This document shows, in pieces, positions 10,244 through 18,554 of a stretch of 64,000 nt of DNA. The translations under genes were made by a program, and so were the position numbers. Each line of letters starts with the position of its first letter. Position 1 is the stretch's first letter. This DNA comes from an uncultured Chloroflexia bacterium (GTDB lineage Bacteria; Chloroflexota; Limnocylindria; Limnocylindrales; CSP1-4): assembly GCA_963728635.1 (NCBI GenBank), contig CAVSKR010000006.1, positions 43,203 through 107,202 of the forward strand, in the 5' to 3' direction. Below the pieces are notes generated by a model. The model was not told the origin of the DNA. It made no database searches and saw only the letters and a program-made list of their open reading frames with translations.

Positions 10244-10707
10244 GCCGCGCGCTCCGTTGCCGGGTCGTCGCTGACCGGGGCGTCGTACGGCGCGAACGAC
10301 AGCGGCAGGCCGGCCCGGCCGGTCACGCGCACGAACTCGAGCGTGTAGCGCTCGTACATCTCGTCGAGCAGCGTGATCGCCTCGAGGTGGTTCGGCCGCC
10401 CGGACGCGGCGCGCGCCTCGGCACGGGACGTCCAGAGGCAGAACGACAGGCAGGTGCCGTCATCGGCCGTCGGCCCCTTGAAGTAGTGGACGAAGCCCGG
10501 AGCCGAGGCGGCCTCGAGATGGGCTCGCTCGTCGTACTCGGCGAGGCGCACTTCGTCCGCGTCGACTCGATGGACGGATCTGAACGCCACCAGGTACCAC
10601 TCGCCCTCGCCGAGCTGCTGCGCGACGTCACTCCAGTCGAAGGCATCGGCGATGGGCAGCCACGCGTACGAATCGGAGACCGGTCCGAGAGCCGCGAGCG
10701 CGTCCAT
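10240..10707 (-). CDS. hypothetical protein
   Basis: 155-aa ORF from ATG at 10707 (MDALAALG...) with high GC3; no recognisable motifs. Confidence 0.45.
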   Translation of the reverse strand: MDALAALGPVSDSYAWLPIADAFDWSDVAQQLGEGEWYLVAFRSVHRVDADEVRLAEYDERAHLEAASAPGFVHYFKGPTADDGTCLSFCLWTSRAEARAASGRPNHLEAITLLDEMYERYTLEFVRVTGRAGLPLSFAPYDAPVSDDPATERAA

Positions 10708-11012
10708 GTGGCGGCAGCATCCGCTTCCACCGTCCAATTGTCAAATCGTGGAAAGTCCCGCTACCACATCGCGATAGTACCGGCCACCGGCGGACCAGGG
10801 CATCCGCCATGACCTGGGCTCCTGATCTGGCAGGTCAAAGCGACGCGTCAGCATGGATGCTGGGATGAATGTGCAGCGCGGCGCTCGACTTCGTGCCCCG
10901 AGCGTCGGAATCTGCGAGGTGCTCCGCACGTTCGTCGGGCCACGTGACCTCACGCGTCGTTCTGACCTAGGAGGTCAGTCGACCGGCATGTCCGAACGGG
11001 GGTCGGACCGCC

Positions 11013-11762
11013 TCAGTCGGGCGTGAGCGAACGTTCCAATGTCCCGGTCGCTCGGCGAAGCGCCAGACGCGCCCGTGCCTCCCAGCGCCCGCTCGCCCGT
11101 TCCGCCGGGGCGGCCACACCGAGGGCGGCCACGATCCCGTCGTCGCGGAGGACCGGAGCGGCCAGCGTGGTGGCCCCCGGGAAGGTCAACCCGTCGTCCT
11201 GGGCAAATCCTGCGGCGACGATCCTCGGCAGCGCTCGACGGATCGCGGCCGCCTCGACCACGTCGGCCAGCGCGGCATCGGCGACCTCCGGCGGGGCAAG
11301 CGCCAGGAGCACGAGCGCGACGGCGCCCACGTGCAGCGGGCCGGTCTGGCCCGGTTCGAGGACCACCCGCAGCGACTCGGGGGAGGGATGCTGGGCGAGA
11401 CTCGTGGCGGTGAGCCCGATCCGCCGGCTGATGAACGTCGTCTCGCCGGTCGACTCCGTCAGCTCGGCCAGGATCGGTTCAGCGGCGCGGATGAGCTCCT
11501 CCGCTGTCACGATCGGCCCCGCGCCGATCACGTGCAGCCGGGACCCGAGTCGGTAGCCGCCCTCCTGGCGCTCGACGAACCCGAACTCCGTCAGCGTGCG
11601 CAGGTATCGGTAGATCGTCGAGAGCGGGGTCTCGAGGAGCGTGCTGAGCTCATCCGCGCGGATCTCGCCCCGATCGGCGATCGTCAGGAACACGCGCAGG
11701 CCGCGCGCGAACGACGTGTCTTCGCCAGCTTCTTCGGGGGGTCGATCGAGGGCCGTGGTCAT
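11013..11762 (-). CDS. IclR family transcriptional regulator
   Basis: N-terminal wHTH (LSTIYRYLRTLTEFGFVER) and C-terminal IclR effector domain; divergent to the betaine catabolic operon. Confidence 0.85.
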   Translation of the reverse strand: MTTALDRPPEEAGEDTSFARGLRVFLTIADRGEIRADELSTLLETPLSTIYRYLRTLTEFGFVERQEGGYRLGSRLHVIGAGPIVTAEELIRAAEPILAELTESTGETTFISRRIGLTATSLAQHPSPESLRVVLEPGQTGPLHVGAVALVLLALAPPEVADAALADVVEAAAIRRALPRIVAAGFAQDDGLTFPGATTLAAPVLRDDGIVAALGVAAPAERASGRWEARARLALRRATGTLERSLTPD

Positions 11763-11809
11763 AGGGTCTCCGGGGGCCTGGGGAGCGGTCAGGGTACCGC
11801 AGCAGCGCG

Positions 11810-12958
11810 ATGACGCGGCGTCGCGGGCCGGTCGGCGATACTGCGCTCGTGAGGATCAGCGCCATCCGGCTGCAGCGGCTGCGTGTGCCGCTCGACCCAC
11901 CCTTCCCGGCGGCATGGGACCCGGTGCCGCGCACGGAGTTCCCGGTCACGGTCGTCCGCGTCGAGACCGATGAGGGCGTGACGGGCATCGGTTCGGGCGA
12001 CACGATGGATGGGTTCGAGGCATTCGAGCACCTGTTCATCGGGCAGGACCCGTTGGCGATCGCACGCCACGTCCGCGTCCTCGAGACGATCGACTTCCAT
12101 GCCGGCCGCTACTGGCCGCTCGAGGCGGCGCTGTGGGATATCGCCGGCCAGGTCGCCGGCGTCCCGGTCGCGTCGCTGTTCGGTGGTGCGAGCGATGGCC
12201 TGCCCGCCTACGCCTCGTGCGGGATGCTCCTGCCGGCGGCTCAGCGCGCCGAGTCCGCGCTGCGCCTCCGCGAAGAGGGTTTCCGCGCGCTCAAGATCCG
12301 CGTCGATCCGCGCCGACTCGAGGAGGGGCTCGCCGCGGTGACCGCGACACGAGCCGCCATCGGCGATTCGATGGCGATCATGGTCGACCTGAACCAGGGC
12401 TGGCGGATGGCCGGCGACGTCACCCCGTCGATCGACGTGACCGCCGCGCGGGAGATCGCCGCCCGGCTCGCCGATGACGGCGTGCTCTGGCTCGAGGAGC
12501 CCCTGATCGGCACGGACCTGCGGGGGCTGGCTTCACTGCGTGCGTCGGGGCTCGGCATCCGGATCGCGGGCGGGGAGATGACGCGCACCCATCACGAGGC
12601 GCTCGCCGCGCTCGAGGCGGATGCGTTCGACGTGTACCAGCAGGACGTCGTGCTTGCGGGGGGCATGCTCCGCAACCGGACGCTGGCCGAGCTCGTGCTC
12701 GCCCGCGGCCGCTGGTTCACCCCGCACACCTGGACCAACGGCCTCGGCCTGCTCGCCAATCTGCACGTGGCGGCCGGAGTCGGCGGCGGCCCGTTCATCG
12801 AATACCCGTACGACCCACCGGGCTGGACCCCGGAGCGACGCGACGCGTTCCTCGCCGAGCCCATCCGACCGGATGCCGACGGCATCCTCCATGTCCCGGT
12901 GGCGCCAGGCCTGGGCGCGGCACTCGACGACGTCTCGATCCGGAGGTACGCCGCATGA
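11810..12958 (+). CDS. enolase superfamily enzyme (mandelate racemase / muconate lactonizing enzyme family)
   Basis: Metal-ligand motifs MVDLNQGW and LEEP, capping and barrel domains; an alternative GTG start exists at 11849. Confidence 0.8.
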   Translation: MTRRRGPVGDTALVRISAIRLQRLRVPLDPPFPAAWDPVPRTEFPVTVVRVETDEGVTGIGSGDTMDGFEAFEHLFIGQDPLAIARHVRVLETIDFHAGRYWPLEAALWDIAGQVAGVPVASLFGGASDGLPAYASCGMLLPAAQRAESALRLREEGFRALKIRVDPRRLEEGLAAVTATRAAIGDSMAIMVDLNQGWRMAGDVTPSIDVTAAREIAARLADDGVLWLEEPLIGTDLRGLASLRASGLGIRIAGGEMTRTHHEALAALEADAFDVYQQDVVLAGGMLRNRTLAELVLARGRWFTPHTWTNGLGLLANLHVAAGVGGGPFIEYPYDPPGWTPERRDAFLAEPIRPDADGILHVPVAPGLGAALDDVSIRRYAA

Positions 12959-14472
12959 CAGCGACCGCACCGAGTGGGCCGACCGCGGCCGACTGGATCG
13001 CACGCGCGGACGCGGTGGAGCCGCGCAACGAGGCATTCATCGACGGCCGGTTCGTCCCAGCGGCCTCGGGCAGGACGTTCGACGACATCGCCGGTCGCGA
13101 CGGCCGTGTGATCACGCGTGTCGCGGAGGGAGGGCCCGAGGACGTCGACCGTGCGGTCGCCGCCGCGCGTCGTTCGTTCGATGATCGGCGCTGGGCCGAT
13201 ATGTCGCCGGCCAAGCGCAAGATCATCCTGCTCAAGCTCGCCGAGTCGATGCGCGCGAACAGGGAGGAGCTCGCGCTCCTCGAATCGCTCGATGTCGGCA
13301 AGCCGATCCGCGACGCCCTATCGGTCGACGTGCCGTCGTCGGCCAAGACGATCCAGTGGTTCGCCGAGACCATCGACAAGGTCTACGGCGAGGTCGGCCC
13401 GACGGGACCCGACGCGATGTCGCTCGTGACACGCGAGCCGATGGGGGTCGTCGCGGCCATCGTCCCGTGGAACTACCCCTTGATCGTGACGGCATGGAAG
13501 CTCGGCGCCGCGCTGTCCACGGGCAACTCGGTCGTGCTCAAGCCGGCCTCCGCCTCGCCCCTCACCGCGCTCCGGCTCGCGGAGCTCGCCTCGGAGGCAG
13601 GTCTGCCGGATGGCGTCCTCAATGTCGTCCCGGGACCCGGCCGGGTGCTCGGCGAGGCGCTCGCCCGCCATCCGGGCGTCGACAAGATCGCGTTCACCGG
13701 GTCGACCGAGGTCGGCCGTTCGCTGCTCCGGGCGATCGGCGAGACCGATGTCAAAGCCATCTCGCTCGAGCTCGGTGGCAAGAGCCCGCAGGTCGTGCTC
13801 GGTGATGTCGGCGACCTGGCGGCGGCAGCCACATCGATCGGCGACGGGATCTTCTACAACAGCGGCCAGACCTGCAACGCCGGCTCGCGCCTCATCGTCC
13901 ATCGGTCCGTCCGGGAGGAGCTGGTCGAGCGCGTCGCGGAGATCGGGAGCGGGATGGCTCCGGGCGAGCCGCTCGACCCGGCGACCCGCCTCGGTTCGAT
14001 CGTCGATGCCGGCCAGCTCGACAAGGTGCTCGGCTATGTCGAGCTCGGCCAGCGCGAGGGCGCGCGGCTCGTCACCGGCGGACAGCGCGTCCGCGAGGAC
14101 ACCGGCGGCTACTACGTCCCACCGACGATCCTCGACGGCGTCGACAACGGCTGGCGCGTTTCGCGCGAGGAGATCTTCGGTCCGGTCCTGACGGTCACCG
14201 AGTTCGACGACGAGGCCGAGGCGATTCGAATCGCGAACGACACGCCGTACGGTCTCGCCGCCGGCGTGTGGACGCGGGACATCACCCGCGCGCATCGGCT
14301 GGCGCGCGCGCTCCGTGCCGGGACCGTCTTCATCAACACCTTCGACACCGCGGACATCACCGTCCCGTTCGGCGGCTACAAGCAGTCGGGCTTCGGACGC
14401 GACAAGTCGCTCCACGCGCTCGATGGCTACACCCAGCTCAAGACGACCTGGATCGACCTGTCCGGTGGATGA
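12955..14472 (+). CDS. NAD(P)+ aldehyde dehydrogenase (candidate betaine-aldehyde dehydrogenase)
   Basis: ALDH motifs: catalytic Cys in GQTCNAGSR, ELGGKSP, GTVFINT, and the NAD-binding region; ATG overlaps stop of the upstream gene. Confidence 0.9.
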   Translation: MTATAPSGPTAADWIARADAVEPRNEAFIDGRFVPAASGRTFDDIAGRDGRVITRVAEGGPEDVDRAVAAARRSFDDRRWADMSPAKRKIILLKLAESMRANREELALLESLDVGKPIRDALSVDVPSSAKTIQWFAETIDKVYGEVGPTGPDAMSLVTREPMGVVAAIVPWNYPLIVTAWKLGAALSTGNSVVLKPASASPLTALRLAELASEAGLPDGVLNVVPGPGRVLGEALARHPGVDKIAFTGSTEVGRSLLRAIGETDVKAISLELGGKSPQVVLGDVGDLAAAATSIGDGIFYNSGQTCNAGSRLIVHRSVREELVERVAEIGSGMAPGEPLDPATRLGSIVDAGQLDKVLGYVELGQREGARLVTGGQRVREDTGGYYVPPTILDGVDNGWRVSREEIFGPVLTVTEFDDEAEAIRIANDTPYGLAAGVWTRDITRAHRLARALRAGTVFINTFDTADITVPFGGYKQSGFGRDKSLHALDGYTQLKTTWIDLSGG

Positions 14473-14485
14473 GGAAAAGCCACTC

Positions 14486-16051
14486 ATGACGGACATGGAC
14501 TCGGCGGCAGGCCAGGGGCTGCAGCGCCGCCGCGGCGGTGGACGCGCCGGGCACGAGCGCAGCCGCCTCCCGATGCAGCGGCCGTGGGCGCAACCGCGGA
14601 TGCGCTACAAGCCGACCGAGGTGCTGTCGGCCGACGAGATCGAGTCGATCCACCACGCCTCGCTGCGCGTCCTGTCCGAGCTCGGGATGGACTTCCTAGA
14701 CGCCGACGCGCGCGAGGCGCTGCGCGGTGCCGGGGCCGAGACGTCGCCGGATACCCAGCGCGTCCGCTTCGACCCGGACATGGTCACCGGGGCGATCAAG
14801 ACGGCGCCGTCGTCGTTCACGCTCCACGCCTGGAACCCCGAGCACGACCTGCGGCTCGGCGGCGACTGGATGGCGTTCGGGACCGTCGGCAGTCCGCCGA
14901 ACGTGTCGGACCTCGACCGGGGCCGGCGCATCGGCAACCGGGTCGATTACCAGAACCTGCTACGGCTGGGCCAGGCGCTGAACACCGTCCACTTCCTCGC
15001 CGGCTATCCGGTGGAGCCCGTGGACCTTCATCACGGCGTCCGGCATCTGCATGCGACCCACGACGCGCTGACGCTCATGGACAAGGCGATCCACTGCTAC
15101 AGCCTCGGTCGCCAGCGCAACGTCGACGTGCTGGAGATGGTCCGGATCGCGCGCGGCGTGGAGGACGCCACCCTCGATACCGAGCCGTCGGTGTTCACGG
15201 TCGTCAATTCCAGTTCCCCGCTCCGACTCGACGCCCCGATGCTCCAGGGGATCATGGCGTTCGCCGAGCGCAACCAGGTGGTGTGCATCACGCCGTTCAC
15301 GCTGGCGGGCGCCATGGCGCCGGTGACGCTCGCCGGCGCGCTGGCCGAGCAGAACGCCGAGGCGCTGGCCGGGATGGTCCTGACCCAGGTCGTCCGCCCC
15401 GGATCTCCGGTCATCTACGGGGGCTTCACCTCCAACGTCGACATGCAGTCGGGCGCGCCCGCGTTCGGGACCCCGGAGTACATGCGGACGGCCATGATCG
15501 GCGGTCAGCTGGCGCGTCGGTACGGTGTGCCGTATCGCTCGTCCAACGTGAATGCCGCGAACGCGCTCGACGCGCAGGCCGCCTACGAGTCGGTCTTCTC
15601 GTTGTGGGGCGCGATCATGGGTGGCGTCAACCTGCTCATGCACGGGGCGGGCTGGATGGAGGGCGGTCTCCACGCCGGGTACGAGAAGATGATCCTGGAC
15701 GCGGAGCTGCTGGGGATGGTCGAGGCGTTCCTCGATCCGGTCGTGGTCGACGACGCGTCGCTCGCGTTCGAGGCCATGCAGGACGTCGGCCCGGGCGGCC
15801 ACTTCTTCGGAACGGAGCACACGCAGAGCCGCTACAGGACGGCCTTCCACAGGCCGATGCTCAGCGACTGGCGTAACTTCGAGACGTGGGAGGAGGCCGG
15901 TTCCCCCGAGGTGCCGGGCAAGGCCAACCGCATCTGGAAGGAGCTGCTCGCGGCCTACGAGCCGCCGCCGATGGACCCGGCCGTCCGCGAGGAGCTCGAC
16001 GCGTTCGTCGCACGCCGGGTCGCCGAGGGTGGCGTCCCGACCGACTATTGA
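14486..16051 (+). CDS. trimethylamine methyltransferase (MttB) superfamily protein, non-pyrrolysine member (candidate quaternary-amine:corrinoid methyltransferase)
   Basis: 521-aa uninterrupted ORF with no in-frame TAG; MttB-family sequence throughout (ESIHHASLRVLSELGMDFLD...VNLLMHGAGWMEGGL); GAGGAAAAG RBS; ORF-track start 14315 overlaps the ALDH. Confidence 0.85.
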   Translation: MTDMDSAAGQGLQRRRGGGRAGHERSRLPMQRPWAQPRMRYKPTEVLSADEIESIHHASLRVLSELGMDFLDADAREALRGAGAETSPDTQRVRFDPDMVTGAIKTAPSSFTLHAWNPEHDLRLGGDWMAFGTVGSPPNVSDLDRGRRIGNRVDYQNLLRLGQALNTVHFLAGYPVEPVDLHHGVRHLHATHDALTLMDKAIHCYSLGRQRNVDVLEMVRIARGVEDATLDTEPSVFTVVNSSSPLRLDAPMLQGIMAFAERNQVVCITPFTLAGAMAPVTLAGALAEQNAEALAGMVLTQVVRPGSPVIYGGFTSNVDMQSGAPAFGTPEYMRTAMIGGQLARRYGVPYRSSNVNAANALDAQAAYESVFSLWGAIMGGVNLLMHGAGWMEGGLHAGYEKMILDAELLGMVEAFLDPVVVDDASLAFEAMQDVGPGGHFFGTEHTQSRYRTAFHRPMLSDWRNFETWEEAGSPEVPGKANRIWKELLAAYEPPPMDPAVREELDAFVARRVAEGGVPTDY

Positions 16052-16085
16052 CCCGACCGTCCCAGGGACCGCTCGAGGGGATCGC

Positions 16086-18554
16086 GTGAAGAAAGACACC
16101 CAGGTCGTCGTCATCGGTGGGGGCGTCGTCGGCGCCAGCGTCCTGTACCACCTCACGAAGGCGGGCTGGACCGACGTCCTGCTGCTCGAGCGGCGCGAAC
16201 TGACCGCCGGCTCGACGTGGCACGCCGCCGGCGGGATGCACACGCTCAACGGCGACCCGAACGTCGCACGGCTGCAGCAGTACACGATCCAGCTGTACGA
16301 GGAGATCGAGCGCCAGTCCGGGCAGGACTGCTCGATCCACCTGCCGGGTGGGCTGATGCTGGCCGACACGGAGGTCCGGATGGACTTCCTCCGGATGGCG
16401 GTCGCGCGCGGCCGCTACCTCGGCATGGACCTCGAGCTGATCACGGCCCAGGAAGCGGCCGACATGTTCCCGCTGATGGACCCGCAGTACTTCGTGGGCG
16501 CGCTGTACGACCCCGTGGAGGGGCACGTCGACCCGACCGGGGTCACGCGCGCGTACGTGAAGTGCGCCCAGATGGCGGGAGCCGAGGTCCACCAGCACAT
16601 GCCGGTGACTGCCCTCGAGCAGCGTGCCGACGGCACGTGGGACGTCCGCCTCGAGAACGGCGAGTCGATCCATACCGAGCACGTCGTCAACGCCGGCGGA
16701 CTGTGGGCGCGCGAGGTCGGCCGGATGGTCGGCGTGGAACTGCCGGTCCTCGCGATGGAGCACCACTACCTCATCACCGAGGACATGCCGGAGGTCGCGG
16801 CCCAGGTCGCCAAGACCGGTCACGAGATGCCGATGGCGCTCGACTTCGCCGGCGAGATCTACATCCGCCAGGAGGGCGGCGCGATGCTCATGGGCACGTA
16901 CGAGCAAGCGTGCGTGCCATGGTCGCCGCGCGAGACGCCGTGGGACTTCGGGTCGCAGCTGCTCAAGCCACAACTCGATCGGATCACGCCGGAGCTGTCG
17001 GTCGCGTTCAAGCACTATCCGCCGATGCACACGGTCGGCATCCGCCGTGTCGTCAACGGCCCGTTCACGTTCTCTCCGGACGGCAACCCGCTCGTCGGGC
17101 CGATCCGCGGCCTGCGTGGCTACTGGGTCGCATGTGCGGTGATGGCCGGGCTGTCGCAGGGCGGTGGCGTCGGCCTGGCGCTGGCGAACTGGATGACCGC
17201 CGGCGACGACGGCGACAGCGGGATGGATATCTGGGCGATGGACGTCGCCCGTTACGGTGACTACGCCACGCTCGGGTACACGAACGCCAAGGTCCAGGAG
17301 AACTACCGGCGCCGGTTCCGCATCACGTTCCCGAACGAAGAGCTCCCGGCCGCCCGACCACTCCTCACGACGCCGATCTACGACCGGCTGACCGCCGCGA
17401 ACGCCGTGTGGGGCGCGACCTTCGGGCTCGAACACGCCCTGTGGTTCCAGAAGGCCGGGTTGGAGCCGAAGGAGGACGTGACGTTCCGCCGCTCGAACGC
17501 GTGGGAGTGCGTGGCCGAGGAGGTCGCCGCCGTCCGCGAGCAGGTCGGCATGACCGAGATCTCGAACTATGCGAAGTACCGCGTCACCGGTCCCGGTGCC
17601 GAGTCATGGCTGTCGTCGCTGCTGACGCAGCGGATGCCCGCGCCCGGCCGGATCACGCTGACCGCGATGCTCAACGAGGGTGGCCGGATCGTCGGCGAGT
17701 TCACGGTCGCCCGAGCCTCCGGGGCCGACGAGTTCTACCTGTTCGGCTCGCTCCCGGCCGAGGTCCACCACTCGCGCTGGTTCCGCCACCATCTGCCGGC
17801 CGACGGCAGCGTCCGTTTCGAGGTCCTGGGCCTGTCGCTGACCGGCCTGTCGATCGCAGGCCCACGCGCACGCGACCTTCTGTCATCGATCGCGCCCGAC
17901 CTCGACCTCTCGACCGAGGCCTTCCCGTTCATGACGTTCCGCAAGGTGGATCTCGGGATGGTCCCGGCCATCGTCGCCCGGATCAACTACGCCGGCGACC
18001 TCGGCTACGAGCTGTGGGTGGCACCGGAGCACCAGCGAGCCCTGTTCGACAGGATCGTCGCGGCCGGCGAGGAGTTCGGGCTGCGCCTCTTCGGCATGCG
18101 CGCCCTGATGTCGCTCCGCCTCGAGAAGAGCTACGGGACGTGGTTCCGCGAATACCGCCCGATCTATACGCCGTCCGAGGCGGGGATCACCCGCTACATC
18201 AAGCTCGACCACGACTTCATCGGTCGCGCCGCGCACGAGGCCGAGCTCGCGGACGGCGGTCCGAAGCGCCGGCTCGTTGCCTTCGTCGTCGAGCCCGACC
18301 CGGACGATCCCGCCGATGTCATCGGCGACGAACCGATCTGGCACGACGGCGCGGTGGTCGGATGGGTCACGTCGGGCGGGTACCTCCATCACGTGCGGGA
18401 GTCTCTCGCGCTGGGTTATGTGCCGACCGCGCTGGCGACGCCCGAGGGTCCGGGCGGGAGCGGTTTCGAGATCGAGATCATCGGGCATCGGCGCCCGGCC
18501 CGACTCCAGCCGGAGCCGCTGTTCGATCCCAGCGGCGCAAGGATGCGCCAGTGA
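16086..18554 (+). CDS. dimethylglycine/sarcosine dehydrogenase family FAD oxidoreductase with C-terminal GcvT (aminomethyltransferase) domain
   Basis: GTG start after GAGGGG; DAO-type FAD motif VVVIGGGVVGASVLYHL; C-terminal folate-binding GcvT domain; 823 aa. Confidence 0.85.
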   Translation: MKKDTQVVVIGGGVVGASVLYHLTKAGWTDVLLLERRELTAGSTWHAAGGMHTLNGDPNVARLQQYTIQLYEEIERQSGQDCSIHLPGGLMLADTEVRMDFLRMAVARGRYLGMDLELITAQEAADMFPLMDPQYFVGALYDPVEGHVDPTGVTRAYVKCAQMAGAEVHQHMPVTALEQRADGTWDVRLENGESIHTEHVVNAGGLWAREVGRMVGVELPVLAMEHHYLITEDMPEVAAQVAKTGHEMPMALDFAGEIYIRQEGGAMLMGTYEQACVPWSPRETPWDFGSQLLKPQLDRITPELSVAFKHYPPMHTVGIRRVVNGPFTFSPDGNPLVGPIRGLRGYWVACAVMAGLSQGGGVGLALANWMTAGDDGDSGMDIWAMDVARYGDYATLGYTNAKVQENYRRRFRITFPNEELPAARPLLTTPIYDRLTAANAVWGATFGLEHALWFQKAGLEPKEDVTFRRSNAWECVAEEVAAVREQVGMTEISNYAKYRVTGPGAESWLSSLLTQRMPAPGRITLTAMLNEGGRIVGEFTVARASGADEFYLFGSLPAEVHHSRWFRHHLPADGSVRFEVLGLSLTGLSIAGPRARDLLSSIAPDLDLSTEAFPFMTFRKVDLGMVPAIVARINYAGDLGYELWVAPEHQRALFDRIVAAGEEFGLRLFGMRALMSLRLEKSYGTWFREYRPIYTPSEAGITRYIKLDHDFIGRAAHEAELADGGPKRRLVAFVVEPDPDDPADVIGDEPIWHDGAVVGWVTSGGYLHHVRESLALGYVPTALATPEGPGGSGFEIEIIGHRRPARLQPEPLFDPSGARMRQ

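Noticed and set aside
10956-10972. 7-bp inverted repeat CTGACCT-AGG-AGGTCAG downstream of the IclR gene
   Set aside because: Short; could be a weak terminator or chance; not reported as a feature
14960-17435. Long minus-strand ORFs (469 and 524 aa) antisense to the MttB and DMGDH genes
   Set aside because: Antisense to well-supported enzymes; low-complexity Arg/Asp/Gly-rich products
17408-18550. N-terminal 381 codons of the 1132-aa ORF-track call for soxA
   Set aside because: This part overlaps the DMGDH gene in another frame and is Arg/Pro-rich; the conserved SoxA sequence begins at GTG 18551 overlapping the DMGDH stop
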